From Eledone cirrhosa (lineage: Eukaryota): a stretch of 64,000 nucleotides of DNA. The stretch covers positions 89,776,001-89,840,000 of the forward strand of contig OZ024747.1 of NCBI GenBank assembly GCA_964016885.1. The letters run 5' to 3'. Below the pieces are notes generated by a model. The model had not been told where the DNA came from, made no database searches, and saw only the letters and a program-made list of their open reading frames with translations. Position numbers and translations under genes: made by a program. Each line of letters opens with the position of its first letter. Within the stretch, counting starts at the first letter, position 1. This document shows positions 39,829-53,447 of the stretch, in pieces.

Positions 39829-39974
39829 GAGGATACACCACTGGGAGCATTTCCATTGGCTAACTATTGTATTTCTCGTTACTTGGACACTAATAAGGAT
39901 TATTGTTTCAAAGCTGAGAAGTATGGTGCAAGAACTTACTATTTTATGACAGAGAGCCGAGAAGATATGAGCAG
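39829..39974 (+). CDS. PDZ-PH protein, exon E (second half of PH; PLEKHA/CNK-like PH, overall layout like PDZPH1)
   Basis: Acceptor tttttgcAG, donor AG|GTAATT. 146 nt, phase 0-2, reads EDTPLGAFPLANYCISRYLDTNKDYCFKAEKYGARTYYFMTESREDMS. Continues exon D in frame and stops just before the conserved Trp of the PH helix. Confidence 0.92.
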
Positions 39975-42900
39975 GTAATTTTGAATACATATCTAAAATT
40001 CTGAGAGAAGTTGATCAGTTGTTCTTAATTACATTATAATGTTTTGGAAAAGTAACCTAAATTTATAACTAAATATATTTTCAATATCTACATATTACAC
40101 CAAACTTTGATTGGTTTCATCTCTGATCAGCATCATATATCTTATGAATGTATACTTAGTAACAAACTGGATGATTTGAATCTATGGATCAAATCAGTAG
40201 AAATGTGTAAATGCGTAGATATAAATATTAGTTTCTGATTTAGGGAAGGGGAAAGTCAATTAAATCGACCCCAGTGCATTACTGGTACTTTATTTTCTTG
40301 ATGCTGTAAGGATAAAAGGTAAAGCTAACCTCAGCAGGATTTGAACTCAGATGATAAATGGTAGTAACTCTATGCCATAAAGCATGGTGTCCGATGCTCC
40401 ACCGATACTACCAATCCACCATCCTATGTAGATGTAAATATTGAAAATTGTTTCATCTCTAGGAATGAGGTTAATAATAATTAGAATCTTTAGTAGTTCT
40501 GAATTCTGCTTTCATCTGAAAATATTTGCATATATATGATGGATTACATATTGACTAGAGAACTAATATTTATTTAATACTACGTTGATGATTAAACAGA
40601 GTAAATTCGACATCTATGTTACACATAGTTAAGATATTCCACAGTCATTTATCAAGGCAGTTTTTTATTTTGCTACTTTTATGCTCTTCGTTATTTATTA
40701 ATTCATTTTATATTTGTCTCTGCTTGTCTACTGTCAGAAATTCTTCTGCTTTATGAAAAAATTGCAAGAAATTGATATTTGTTTGAATTGATAATTTCTT
40801 TGAATTGATATTTTGTTGTTTTTGTTTTATAGTATAGTATTTATACAATGTTGTCAAACAACTCCTTTAAACCTTAAGTTTTAGTTCTCAGGCTTTATTT
40901 GGCCCTTTCATCAAAATTTATTATATTTATCAAGAACAGAAAATCTTTTGTAGAAATAATAAAGTCAATGAGGAAGACATGATGAGTTGGTTGAAGTAGT
41001 AGACCAAATGTATTATAGTAATTAACCCTCTCATTACTACATTTCTAATGAAAGACACTGCCTTTGATATTTAAATATTTATGAAAATAATCAAAAATTT
41101 CTAGACATTTAGTGATGTAATTAACACTCACATTATTCATCTAGTGTTTGGAACATAACTTATAATTATGCTGGAAGGCTTTTAGTTATATATCATACAT
41201 TCTAAAATGAACACGATTGGTTTCGGGTGGTTTGGTTGTCAAAAGGGTTAATTTTATTTATTTGACGTTCTAAACCTATTTGCTTTTTTTCTGCAACATC
41301 TTTGCCAGACACAATCCTACTTTGATGTCATTCTCTCTCAAATGATGATTAACCCTTTCATTACCATATTTTTTATGACTAACATAGTCTATAATTTTTG
41401 AATAGTTTTTAAGAGATTCAATAATATAACTGATTTTCTCTTATTAAGTTAGTGTTTGGAACGTAACTTAACAAAGGTTCTTACATAAAATATTGATATA
41501 AACACTTTGAAATAAACAGCTTTTTATCATAAAATCAGAAACAGATTCAAACAGTTTAGTATCAAAGTAATTATTGGTCAGACATTTCATGTTCTTAAAT
41601 AAATAACCCTTAACTAACCCAAAATAAAAACACATGTTGACCCCATTCCATCTCCCTCCTCCTTATTTTGCTGAAATTCTTCTGTTTCCAAACTGTCATA
41701 AACTCAGTTTTTTCTATATCACTGCTTCATGAGTTTCTCTTTAAATGATTCACATATTTTTACACAGGAATTTATCTCTTTCACTTTTATTCATCTGTGT
41801 TTGAATTCTTTTCCCAATTTTCCTTCAAAGATTCATATTAGTGGAGATGTGACTTTTACTACTGCTGTAAGGGGGCTTGTCTAGGAGCTCTGATCATACT
41901 GAACTCCAAAACAATCAGTTCAAGATACAATAATTTGCCTCATAACAGTACAGAACAAAACAACAACAACAACAACAACCCAACAATACACTATTCCTTT
42001 TAGCACCAATGGTTTTTTTCAGTGTCTTTAGTAGAATTCACTCTGTTGCAAGAATTCAGACAAGTTTTTTGACATGCTACTTCAACTTCCTATCCTAACT
42101 GGTGTTCCAGTTTGCAGAAGATTTCAAGCCCCTCCACAACCACCGTCTGGGAATTCCTAATAGGGATGAAAGTAGTAGTTAGCAGCAACTCATAAATCAT
42201 TGCTATTTCTTCCTCATCAAAACTACTTCAAATATAAACAATGAAAGCAAACATGGAACACAAATATCTCTATTTGTCACCTCTCTCCTTTTTACTATCA
42301 ATTCACCATTTACCACCTTCTAACAATCTAGTCACATATCTCTCATCCTCTATTTATTATCCATCTGTTGTTTCAACTACACTTTATTTTCCAACTTGAT
42401 TCTGAATTGGAGTGAATAAATATATGTTTTGATATTGGTTATAAGCAACAAAAAAACTTACTGTAACTCTGTTTCATAGATCTCTCTTTCTCTTTTGATT
42501 TACTGTTTATATTGAACTCCTCCAACTAGCAGGAATTGTTTGACTATTGTCTTTCATTGAGAATATTTATTTTAGCTTAACTTGTTCTGAAGTAATCCTT
42601 CTCCATAACTTCACTGTTCCATTTAACTCTTGGATTATTTCCACTCTATTGCTGCTGTTGCTGTGGCTACTGTAGAGGATGAATATTTTGCTTTACTGAA
42701 ATACAAGCAACTTTTACTTTCTGAAAGAACTTAGTGGGTGGCCAAAACCATCCACATTCCTTAACGTAATCAAAGCTCTTAATCTCAAATCACTCACTGA
42801 ATTCTTTTGTAATTGCATTGTTGAATTATATGTGACAAATTTTATTTAATCTACAGCACCTAGAGGAAGGTGTGAAGGCATGTGGCTTTGTGGTTAGGGT

Positions 42901-44008
42901 ATCAGCTTATAATCGTAAGGTTGTGAGTTTGATTCCTGGAGGCAGCGAAAGTCCAGCCCTGACTATGATACAAATTAAGACTTTCATTAAGTTTTTTGTG
43001 CATATTAGCTATTTTAATTCATTAAAGATATTAGTATGATCTTTTAGAATATTATTTACTGACTCTTTGAAGGAAGGAGAAAGCAGGGTTTTGTTGTTGT
43101 TTAGCCATATACAGCTCTAATCTAACAGGCCTATGACAAAAAACATTCCATTTATGATCGTTCTTGACTTTAATAAAATATGGTTTATCAAGAACTACAT
43201 TATCTGATTTATCCTTTACTTTTTAAGACAGAAAGATAGGATTTGAAGATTTGGTTGATATTTCTTGTAATGAATTAAACTGTTTCTATTTTTGTCAGTC
43301 AATATGTGAAGATGTTAACAGCTAAGCTATACTGATATTATAAGAAGTATAGCCTGTATATTATATATAGTATGAACCATTATGTATCATTAATATACCA
43401 GTATTTATATACCTCTACCATTCTCTGGTAAAAATTATTTGTACTTTAGGCACAAGGCCAGCAATTACCCCAGTGCATTACTGGTGTTTTATTTTATCAA
43501 CCCCATAAGGACGAAAGCAAAGCTAACCTCGGTGGGATTTGAACAGATATTCTCTGGTAATTATCTGTTAATTCCATGTTGGTCCTTTAACTGCAATGAA
43601 GCTTTATTCAGTAAAGCCCATGATATATGTTCTACTAGAATACAGATGAAGCAATACAAATGAGAGTTATCAATGAGAGAAAAACAGACATAATGATATG
43701 AAGATGATTAGGTTACAATGAATAAAGAAAAAGTTTCTTTGTATCAAAATCAATGTTTTATAAAGAAATGCAGTCATAGACTAAATATAAAAATAAAATT
43801 AGAAAGAAAGAAATGACTCTTTGATCATTTTACAAAATAATTTATTCCTATAAAATTTATTGAACAGTTTCCTATATAGTTGAGGTTAGAAGTGATATTA
43901 ATAAGTTTACAGATTCCAGTTAGGATCTTCTGAACTGCAGGTTTATATCAATTTTCAGAGGTTATATTGCAGTTGTTCTCGCATGATGCTCAGTTATACT
44001 GAACCTAA

Positions 44009-44353
44009 AAGGGTAAAGACCCCCCTCCAGTCATGAATGACCATGGGATTTGCACCTAGAATATTTCCCTCCGAGGCACAAGTCTGAGCAAGGTTGTTTT
44101 TGGAAGGCCAGCAGTTGCCCATGTATACCGGTCTCCCCTGTCCTTACCACCGATGTTGTCCAAGGGAAACACAATGGCCGATACAGCTTAACACCAGTGA
44201 CGTCACAACTCATTTCTACAGCTGAGTAAACTGGAGCAATGCGAAATAAAGTCTCTTGCTCAAGGACACAACACATCACCCAGTCCAAGAATCAAACTCA
44301 CAACCTTCCGATTGCAAGCCCAATGTTCTAACCACTAAGCTATGCGCCTTCAC
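44009..44353 (-). mobile_element. SINE family B, full length
   Basis: Colinear with 2974-3308, A and B boxes on minus. Other copies at about 13925-14132(-), 31166-31268(-), 37077-37310(+, different 3' part), 37516-37831(-) and 42872-42942(+, head only). Confidence 0.82.
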
Positions 44354-45538
44354 TGTACTAAAGCTATTACTCTGGCATAAGCACAAACATAGAAAGTTTG
44401 GTTCTTTTTGTAGCCAATACAACTTCAAGTTGACTTAATATCTGCTTTTCAATGTGTATAATTATATTTGAAAACTGCAGCCAGATTATGTATCATGATG
44501 TGGCATGAACAGAATTATTATAAAGAAAATTTGCCATCTTTGATAGATGTACAACATTCACCCAAGACATCTAGAATTATGCCATTGGTTAATTTATAAA
44601 TGTGACAGAAATTTATTTCATAATTTACACATACCTTTGTGTAATATGTACAAGGCTTCTTGAAAACTTATCTAAAATAGATTAAAATCATATCCATAAG
44701 CAATTTATCTTATCTATTTAATAATAGACTAATGGGGTAACTGACAAAGGAAAAAACATTTTTAATCTTTCGTTAAAAGATTGCTACAATGAATAAATAC
44801 AGTTTATATGATACCTGACATTGAGAAGGATCAATATTAAATTTGTTCATTTTTATTCTATCCAGCCTTAATAATTTATTCATATTTTCTAGGAATAATT
44901 GTAAAATATTATCAAAAAAATATTTATACATATTGATTGAAACAATCTATTTTGGTTATATTTTATAGGAGAAATATATTGCAAGAAGACATTTTCTTTA
45001 GCTTCCTTTTTATAAGTTTTTATTTTAGAAAATAAATTGGAGAAACATTATATCAGTTGCTTACTCTAATTTTATTAATGCTTAGTGCACAAAATTGCTG
45101 TCTTATTTTTTTCCTCATTGGTTGTATATCTGGGTCCAGGCTGCAGCTATGTAAATGAAACCATTTGTTAATCTAAAATTTCTGCAGATATTTAATAGCA
45201 AATGAAAACCAGACATCAGCAAAGATATAAAAAAAAAGTCAAGCAAGCACACTTTTATAGTAATATGTAAAATATATTTAGTTTTGATATATCTGCTCAA
45301 ATAAAATGCTCACAGAAAAATGTTGCTACTTATACATGTGTTTTTAGTTATTGTTTTTTTAGCTTGTATTTTCTATTATAGCAGTAGCAAGTGATAACAA
45401 TGTGAGAGGATTTTACCATCCAGTCTAATATAGAAGATTGTTTGAAATTTCCAAACAATTACAAATGGCAGAAACTGTTTCATTTGGTTTTATTTATTTG
45501 ATTATTATATATTTACATATATGTATATGTGTGTGTGT

Positions 45539-45574
<36 letters not shown>

Positions 45575-45857
45575 TCACATACACACACACACATGCATGC
45601 ACACATGCACACACATAGACACTTAAGTGCACACAGATATCGAAGCCCCACCCCACATAACTCAGCACTAGTCCTAACCCCACTCACATACCTACATTCC
45701 TAGACCACTATGGAAACACAGGGTACACCCTACAATGTACTGCCAGATGCCACTCACTTTCCTTAAAGTCATCTCTCTTCCTCACAAGTAACTTGTAGGT
45801 TACTCTCTGTTCTCATCCCGCTTCTCCCTATCACTCCCCTTGCAGTCTACCCTATGA

Positions 45858-47002
45858 AGTGGTAGTGTTCATGTCACAATAAAGTGCATCCAGACCAAAC
45901 TGTGAAAGGGTAGTGTTTGGGTCACAATAAAATGCACTTGGTCCACACTGTGAAGTGATAGTGTTTGGGCCACAATAAAATGCACTTGGTCCACACTGTG
46001 AAGTGATAGTGTTTGGGCCACAATAAAATGCACTTGGTCCACACTGTGAAGTGATAGTGTTTGGGTCACAATGAAATGCACTTGGTCCACACTGTGAAGT
46101 GATAGTGTTTGGGTCACAATGAAATGCACTTGGTCCACACTGTGAAGTGATAGTGTTTGGGTCACAATAAAATGCACTTGGTCCACACTGTGAAGTGATA
46201 GTGTTTGGGTCACAATAAAATGCACTTGGTCCACACTGTGAAGTGATAGTGTTTGGGCCACAATAAAATGCACTTAGTCCACACTGTGAAGTGATAGTGT
46301 TTGGGTCACAATAAAATGCACTTGGTCCACACTGTGAAGTGATAGTGTTTGGGTCACAATGAAATGCACTTGGTCCACACTGTGAAGTGATAGTGTTTGG
46401 GTCACAATGAAATGCACTTGGTCCACACTGTGAAGTGATAGTGTTTGGGTCAATGAAATGCACTTGGTCCACACTGTGAAGTGATAGTGTTTGGGTCACA
46501 ATGAAATGCACTTGGTCCACACTGTGAAGTGATAGTGTTTGGGCCACAATAAAATGCACTTGGTCCACACTGTGAAGTGATAGTGTTTGGGTCACAATGA
46601 AATGCACTTGGTCCACACTGTGAAGTGATAGTGTTTGGGTCACAATGAAATGCACTTGGTCCACACTGTGAAGTGATAGTGTTTGGGCCACAATGAAATG
46701 CACTTGGTCCACACTGTGAAGTGATAGTGTTTGGGTCACAATAAAATGCACTTGGTCCACACTGTGAAGTGATAGTGTTTGGGCCACAATGAAATGCACT
46801 TGGTCCACACTGTGAAGTGATAGTGTTTGGGTCACAATGAAATGCACTTGGTCCACACTGTGAAGTGATAGTGTTTGGGTCACAATGAAATGCACCCGGT
46901 CCACACTTTGAAGTGATAGTGTTTGGGTCACAATGAAATGCACTTGGTCCACACTGTGAAGTGATAGTGTTTGGGTCACAATGAAATGCACCCGGTCCAC
47001 AC
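45858..47002. repeat. 48-bp minisatellite, about 23-24 copies, inside an RTE 3' UTR
   Basis: Unit gtgatagtgtttgggtcacaatgaaatgcacttggtccacactgtgaa; one unit lacks 2 nt near 46451. Followed by the RTE 3' end and (GAT)n tail to about 47350. Confidence 0.95.
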
Positions 47003-47736
47003 TATAATGTGGTAATGCTAGTGCCATTATAGAGACTACCTCATCTACCCTGCTAGATGGTAATGGTAGTGCCACAATAAAATGCACCCAATTTACACTA
47101 CTGCGGTAATGCTTGGGCCATGATAAAAACTACCTCATCCACCCTGCTAGGTGGTAGTGGTGGTGCTACAAGAAAATGTACCCAGTACACACTATGAAGA
47201 GGTTGGTGTTAGGAACGGCATCCAGCTATACAAACCATGATAAAATGAAACATATGAACATGTCTAACCTTTGAATATGATAACCCATCTAACCAATGCA
47301 AGTATGGAAAATAGGCATAAAACAGTTATGATGAGGATGATGATGATGATGTATGTGTGCGTGTGTGTGTGTGTGTATGTCAGTGTCTATGTTTACATCT
47401 ATGTATGTTTATTTCTCATAACATAGCAGTTTGATAAGTAAGAAATTGATAAAGCTAGACTAAAAAATAAAAAATAAGTACTGGGTACCCTAGCATGGCC
47501 ACAGTCTAATAAGTGAAACCAGGAAAAGATGGAATATATGAAAGTAGGAGGTAGAGAAAGAAGTATTAGGATAGAATTCAGGATGTTTGACTTTCCAGAA
47601 GACAGAAGGCCATAGAGTTGACAGTTTGTTATATGACAGTCCCATCCAAACCATGCTAATATGGGACAAATATATTAGTTGATTGATGATGATGTTGACC
47701 ATCAATGTCATTGGTGACAATCATAATGTGCTAACT

Positions 47737-48962
47737 CAGTGGTTCTCAAACTTTTAGGGCCATCGTCTCCCTCATGGCCATGTACTACCCTCAGCACCCC
47801 CATCCCTATTTCCAGAGAGACCTGCCTACATGGAAACTATAAATAATATATAATAAATTAACTAGTTAATTTATATATACTAAATAATATAATCTATACT
47901 ATGTATAAATAAATATCAGATAATTTTGTTTTACTATATTTATATATAATACTAGCTGGCCCATCCGGCTAGCACCCGGCTAGGTATACTGGCAATTTTA
48001 TCTTTTCAGGAATCCCCCCTCCACTCCAGTGCAAAGATACCGCATGCCCTCTCAAGTCGGGGTGGCGGTTAATGTACTTTGATGTTGGGTTTGAATAGTT
48101 AAAAATCAGACTCAGTTTTGCAAGGACCTGTATGGCACACTGATGCTGCATTGCAATGTGGATGCAATCAGCTTGTGAACTCACCTACTCCAATCTGGCT
48201 TGTTCTGTCTGTGTTGTTCTCCTGCCTTCTGCATGGGACCTCAGTTGCTGAAGGCGAGACTGGGCTGATCGAATGACTCTCGCTTGAGTCCTCATCTGCT
48301 GAAGGTGACATTCATGATCATTTTCAGACTCTCTTGTTCTAGTAACATTTTTTCTTCTGGAAAATCTGATCTTGCGGCCAGGCTGGGACATTTTGGGTGG
48401 CATATCGGCAGTAACAATGATGATAAACTGTCTGTGCTTTTGTGAAATAAATAGGTTTGTTTTGTTTTTGTGTATGCAGAAATATCTGTACACGAATATA
48501 TATATTAAAATAACAGAACGCAGAAGTAAATATTTCGAATAACGTTATCTAATGCAGACAGCCAGACATACAGAGACATATTATAAGGGCGCGACGTTCT
48601 AGCTATGTATCTATCTAAAAAGACAGACTAAGGAAGAGTGAGGAATGTCGTATAACCGGAAGTGTTGATATTTGAAATTTTAAAGAAGTGAATATTCAAA
48701 TAATGTCTTTAATCTTTTAACAAAATTCAGTAGACAAAAATACCTTCAATTTTTTACTTGGAAAATGTTACATCTATGGTACAAATTTGGTGCTGTTTGG
48801 TCCAGCCGTTTGGCGAAAAGTTTGTTACATACATACGGCCATCAGCTTTATATTATAGATGTATCATTTGATATTTAATATACTATTATATCATCTCTAC
48901 TGTCCCTTTAGGCCCCAGTGCCCCCCTGGGGTGAGGGGTAGTGCCCACTCTGAGAACCTCTA
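47737..48962. mobile_element. hAT (Charlie-like) MITE interrupted by the Helitron
   Basis: Ends cagtggttctcaaa and tctgagaacctcta. 8-bp TSD tgctaact (47729-47736) and tgctagct (48963-48970). Confidence 0.78.
47952..48859 (-). mobile_element. Non-autonomous Helitron with an N-terminal RepHel remnant
   Basis: On minus: 5' A|TCTATAATATAAAG at 48859, 3' CTAG|T at 47952, subterminal hairpin ccgg...ccgg at 47965-47979, no TSD. Internal frame MPPKMSQPGRK...QTEQARLE*...IFNYSNP...KIKLP. Confidence 0.85.
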
Positions 48963-51900
48963 TGCTAGCTGAACAAACTGCAATCTGGCTAACAAAATTG
49001 GCTGTGTTTATAATTGTCCTAAGAAAGAATATATTATAAGGTGAACCATAGGAAACTTAGCGTGTTAACAAGAGTTATCATTCTCAAAATAAACTATTCT
49101 AACTGAGATGATGCATCATGGAAATCTATTTCTATTGTTCTCTGATTAATCTTAATAAAAAATTATCCTAATTTGATTTTACAAAAATTAAGAGAAATGT
49201 TTATTGTTCTATATTACAATGTAAATATTATAGAGTCTTACTTTAAAAAAAACAATTCATTTAAAATATGTGTGCATATCTATGACATGCACCCATATTG
49301 AACAACATTCATTTGTATGGAAACGTTGGTATTTTGATAATATCTTTTGCATATCTATGAAGTATTCTGAAAAAAAACATTGATTTAATAAAGTTTCTAT
49401 TTGTTTGAGAATTTTCTCAAGAATATAGCAGGGAAAATATATAAACGCTGTTGAGAAGCTTTTTGCATTTGTGACATTAAATTTTCATATTTCTAAATAA
49501 TTTTGCTTTTTAACATGCTTCTAGATATGTTGATAATTTTATATAGTTACTCATGCAAAATTATTTTTAAAGATATTTTAGCAATTCTTTTCATAAATAT
49601 GATTTATTTTCTTGATTTAAATCATTAAAAGTTGATAAAATACTTTATCTCCAGAAACCAGTCTGAGTTACTTTTTTCTTTGTTGATCTCAGCACTGTGG
49701 AAACTTTATAGAACTATATTACAATATACCAAGAAATTACATACATTTCTTTTTTTTGTTCTTCTGGGTGACCAAAAACCACTTTCAAATATACCTTTAA
49801 TCACTAAAAAGCAGTATACCCTAATTTTTATCACTTCTATTCCTGTCTTTTAAAATAACGAGGCTACTTCAACTTTCATTTTGTTCTTTAGCTTAACAAG
49901 CTTATTTTAAATCCAATATCAGTCTTATTTCTTTAAAACTACATATGATTTTAGAATATTGATGTGGCCTTAAAAAAGTATTGATGTTTTAAAATTTCTC
50001 AGTTTCTATATAGGTTTTAAACATTTTATAAATAAATATTCTGAAGTGTTAATGCCAAAACATATTTGCTAATTTGATTTAGACTTCTCATCACGAGATA
50101 AAAAAGTGTTCTTTTGCACCTTTTGTCTAGCATTGAAAACTTCAATTAAACTTAGCCTAAAACTGCAAGATACTTTACGCATGTCTATATTAGTCTACTT
50201 TTGTCCAAAAATTAAAAGAAAAATATATCAATAATAATAATAATAATTGAAAAAAATGGAATTTTTTGTAAAATTATTGTAATATCAAAAGATTAATTAT
50301 TGAAAGAAAAAAAAAACAGATTATATCTTATTCATCTAAAATTATATTGGGAACATTAAATTTTGTTTGATTTACTCACAATAACTGCTCAGATTGATTG
50401 TCAAAGAAATTGATTTTCATCAAAGAAAAATGAAATCACTACCATATTCTTATTAAAAAAATGATATTTTAAAATTTCATTGGTATTTATGAACCAATCA
50501 GAAGAAACTTGCAAAAACGTAGGGAAAACAATACTACAAAAAAAGATTTACTATCTAAGTAAATTTTTCAAATTGTTTTACATGATGATGAAGGGGGAAG
50601 GAATGCTGGCGATTGTTTTATTATTTTTATTGCTTTATTTAATATAAAATAGATTATGGAAAAATCTTTCATTTTGTTAGCAATTTGAAATTGAATTTAT
50701 TCAAACTGGATAATAACAGATTTTGGTGGTACACAATAGTAATTTAAAAAAAGAGATATATGTGAATGGAATATAAAGAAAAGACAAAATGAATATTAAA
50801 ATCAAAGAGATTTATTAGTTGTTCAAAGTAGCAAAATATTGGTATAATTTACAATCTACTCCTATTTACCCTCTTTTGTTTCAGATACTCTAGCTAATAT
50901 TAAATATTTTGACATACTGATTTTGTTATCTTGGCAAGAATAGAGAAGAAAAAAATGACTTGGAAAGCAATTACATATTCTTCAGAATTATTCAATGGGT
51001 TATCAGTTAAATATAGAACAAGTAAAACTATTTAAATTGAACAAAATTAATAATAGTCTGTTATCATTTATCTACTTAAAGAATGCATTTCGAAAATCAA
51101 GAATCTGTTTCAAAATAACATTCTTAAACATGATGAAAGTACATTTTTTAAGTATATTATTTCCCTCTGTTTAGCAATAAATAAATATTACATACCTCCA
51201 GAAAGACCTTCAATACGATATTGAATATACATTAGATAAAACAAAAGATCATCTTGAAGAATACTTTTCTTTTCTAGTATCGGAACATTGTTTTTAGCTA
51301 TACAATATAGTTTATTGGCATTATTAGAATGAAGGACAGCAATAATAATATGATATAAGATATTAATAGATAATAGGTTTTGTATCTAGGTACATAGCTG
51401 CCAGTTTCTTTCTTTAGGGAAGAACGTGTTCTATGATATTATTTTGAATTTTCTGAAATTAACAACATATTAGGCTGGTCACATCTATTTATGGTGATAG
51501 CTATTTTCTTGAGTTTCTTCATGACATAATACTTTAGGAATTGCTTGTAAGAATTTGTAGCTCCGTATTTTTCTGTACTTTCTTAACATATTCACTTGCT
51601 GCAACATTGGAAATAAATGTGATTACAAACCAGAAGCTCTAGAGTTTCGATATTGAAATCAAATAAAGGACTGGGGAAGATTCTCCAGTCTAGCCTAACA
51701 TGTGGAGGATCTTTCTAGTGTTAGTGCCACAATAACATGCACCCAATGAGAAAAACTCCTTAGTTTTAACGTTCTAAATCTTATGATCCAAATCAAATAA
51801 AAACTGAATGAAGACATGTAGTTGAGAATGATTCTGATCTTTAGTAAGAATGGTGATAACTCCAAACATGTTTTGACCTTATTAAAACTTTTCAGCAAAG

Positions 51901-52468
51901 CATAGTCTTAACAAGATATGCCAGACTCTAGATGGCTTGGAGATGTAAAGATCGGGAATGAATAAACATTGGCAGACATGACAACTTTAAAAATACATAA
52001 ACGTTTTGATAAACAAAGTGAATAGTTCTGATGGCACAAAATGAAAGTTAAATAGGTCAAAATCACAATCTTTTAATTGCTAAATCCAGATGTTTTCTCT
52101 TTTTTATTTTTTGTTTTTTCATTGGTTAAAGCACCAAAATTATTTTCAAGCAAAGCTAAATAAATATTTTTATATTGAATTAATTCATATGCTCTATCAG
52201 AAGTTTTTTAAATGTGTGTGTGTGTAAATATATTATATAACCTATATTTCTCAGTGGTTTGGCAGTATTGGTAGAGCGTCAGACACCATGTTTTGCAGTA
52301 TAGTTATGGCCCTTTGCGTTCTGAGTTCAAACCCGTCGAGGTTAACTTTGCTTTTCATCCTTACGAGGTCGATAAAATAAAGTACCAGTGGTGCACTGGG
52401 GTAATCGCTAGCCTTGTGCCAAAAGTAGAAACTCTATATTTCTTTTTGTATATCTTATACTGTAGGCT

Positions 52469-52839
52469 TCTTCTTCTTCTTCTTCTTCTTCTTCTTCTTC
52501 TTCTTCTTCTTCTTCTTCTTCTTCTTCTTCTTCTTCTTCTTCTTCTTCTTCTTCTTCTTCTTCTTCTTCTTCTTCTTCTTCTTCTTCTTCTTCTTCTTCT
52601 TCTTCTTCTTCTTCTTCTTCTTCCTGAGAGGGTTATAGGGGAAGAGTCCTCAAACATTCCTTCCAGCGGGTCCTGTCAGAAGCAACCATTTCCAAATGAT
52701 CCAGCTGGATCCCCATGCAAGACCAGCTAAGCTCATGGATGTTATCCAACCATCTTGCTCGGGGTCTACTTTTGGGTCTCCTGCCTGTTGGTTTTACCCA
52801 AAAATCTGTCCAGTGATTCTTTCCTGAGACATTCTAACC
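52469..52839 (-). mobile_element. RTE-clade LINE 3' end with long (GAA)n tail and target-site duplication (TSD)
   Basis: Minus strand reads VVRMSQERITGQIF / VKPTGRRPKSRPRARWLDNI...DRTRWKECL. The (CTT)n at about 52467-52623 is the tail. 10-bp TSD actgtaggct at 52459-52468 and 52840-52849. Related fragments at about 5420-5487 and 63213-63277. Confidence 0.8.
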
Positions 52840-53405
52840 ACTGTAGGCTAACTTTCAAATATTTGCTATTCATAATTATATTATATTATGGTGCTGATAT
52901 CATTTCCAAATATAGTAGTTAGTATATTTGTGATAATTTCATCCTATATAAAATAGAAATACCTAAATATCTCAGCACAAGCAATAATCTGTTGTGAAAT
53001 GTTTGGAAAACTACTGTATTTTGTATTTAATTCCTCACATTAATGTCTTACATTTCATAAAAATGCTTATTTTATTGAACACCAGCTAAACAACTCTGTG
53101 TAAATCCTTATCACATCATCTACATCATAAAGTGATATTTTCAACACTTGAAAAGATAATACAAAATGAAAATAATCTGATAAATACAAGAAGATAAAAC
53201 CAAAAATATTTTAGAATATACAATAGGAATGGAAAATAATGGAGGAATCATTAATAACAACAAAAATCTTTATTAATTTAGCAAGTTTCAAGTATGTAGT
53301 TCAAGTACAAAATTAGATAATATTATAGATTCTCCTCCAAGTGAAAATCAGAACTTAACAGAACTCAATATTTCATAGTTACTAGTAGTATTAGTAGTAG
53401 TACTG

Positions 53406-53447
<42 letters not shown>

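Noticed and set aside
45131-45154. TGG GTC CAG GCT GCA GCT ATG TAA (WVQAAAM*), which looks like the missing PH C-terminal helix
   Set aside because: There is no AG acceptor at the required position (preceded by gtatatc); probably chance. RNA-seq would settle it.
45852-47087. 411-aa repetitive ORF, and a CRISPR-like appearance
   Set aside because: The frame stays open only because the 48-bp unit has no stop, and it changes frame at a 2-nt deletion. There are no unique spacers and no cas genes.
49000-52100. Possible decayed DNA-transposon coding region in an AT-rich stretch (similarly 41950-42780)
   Set aside because: No recognisable motif or termini by eye; a translated search is needed.
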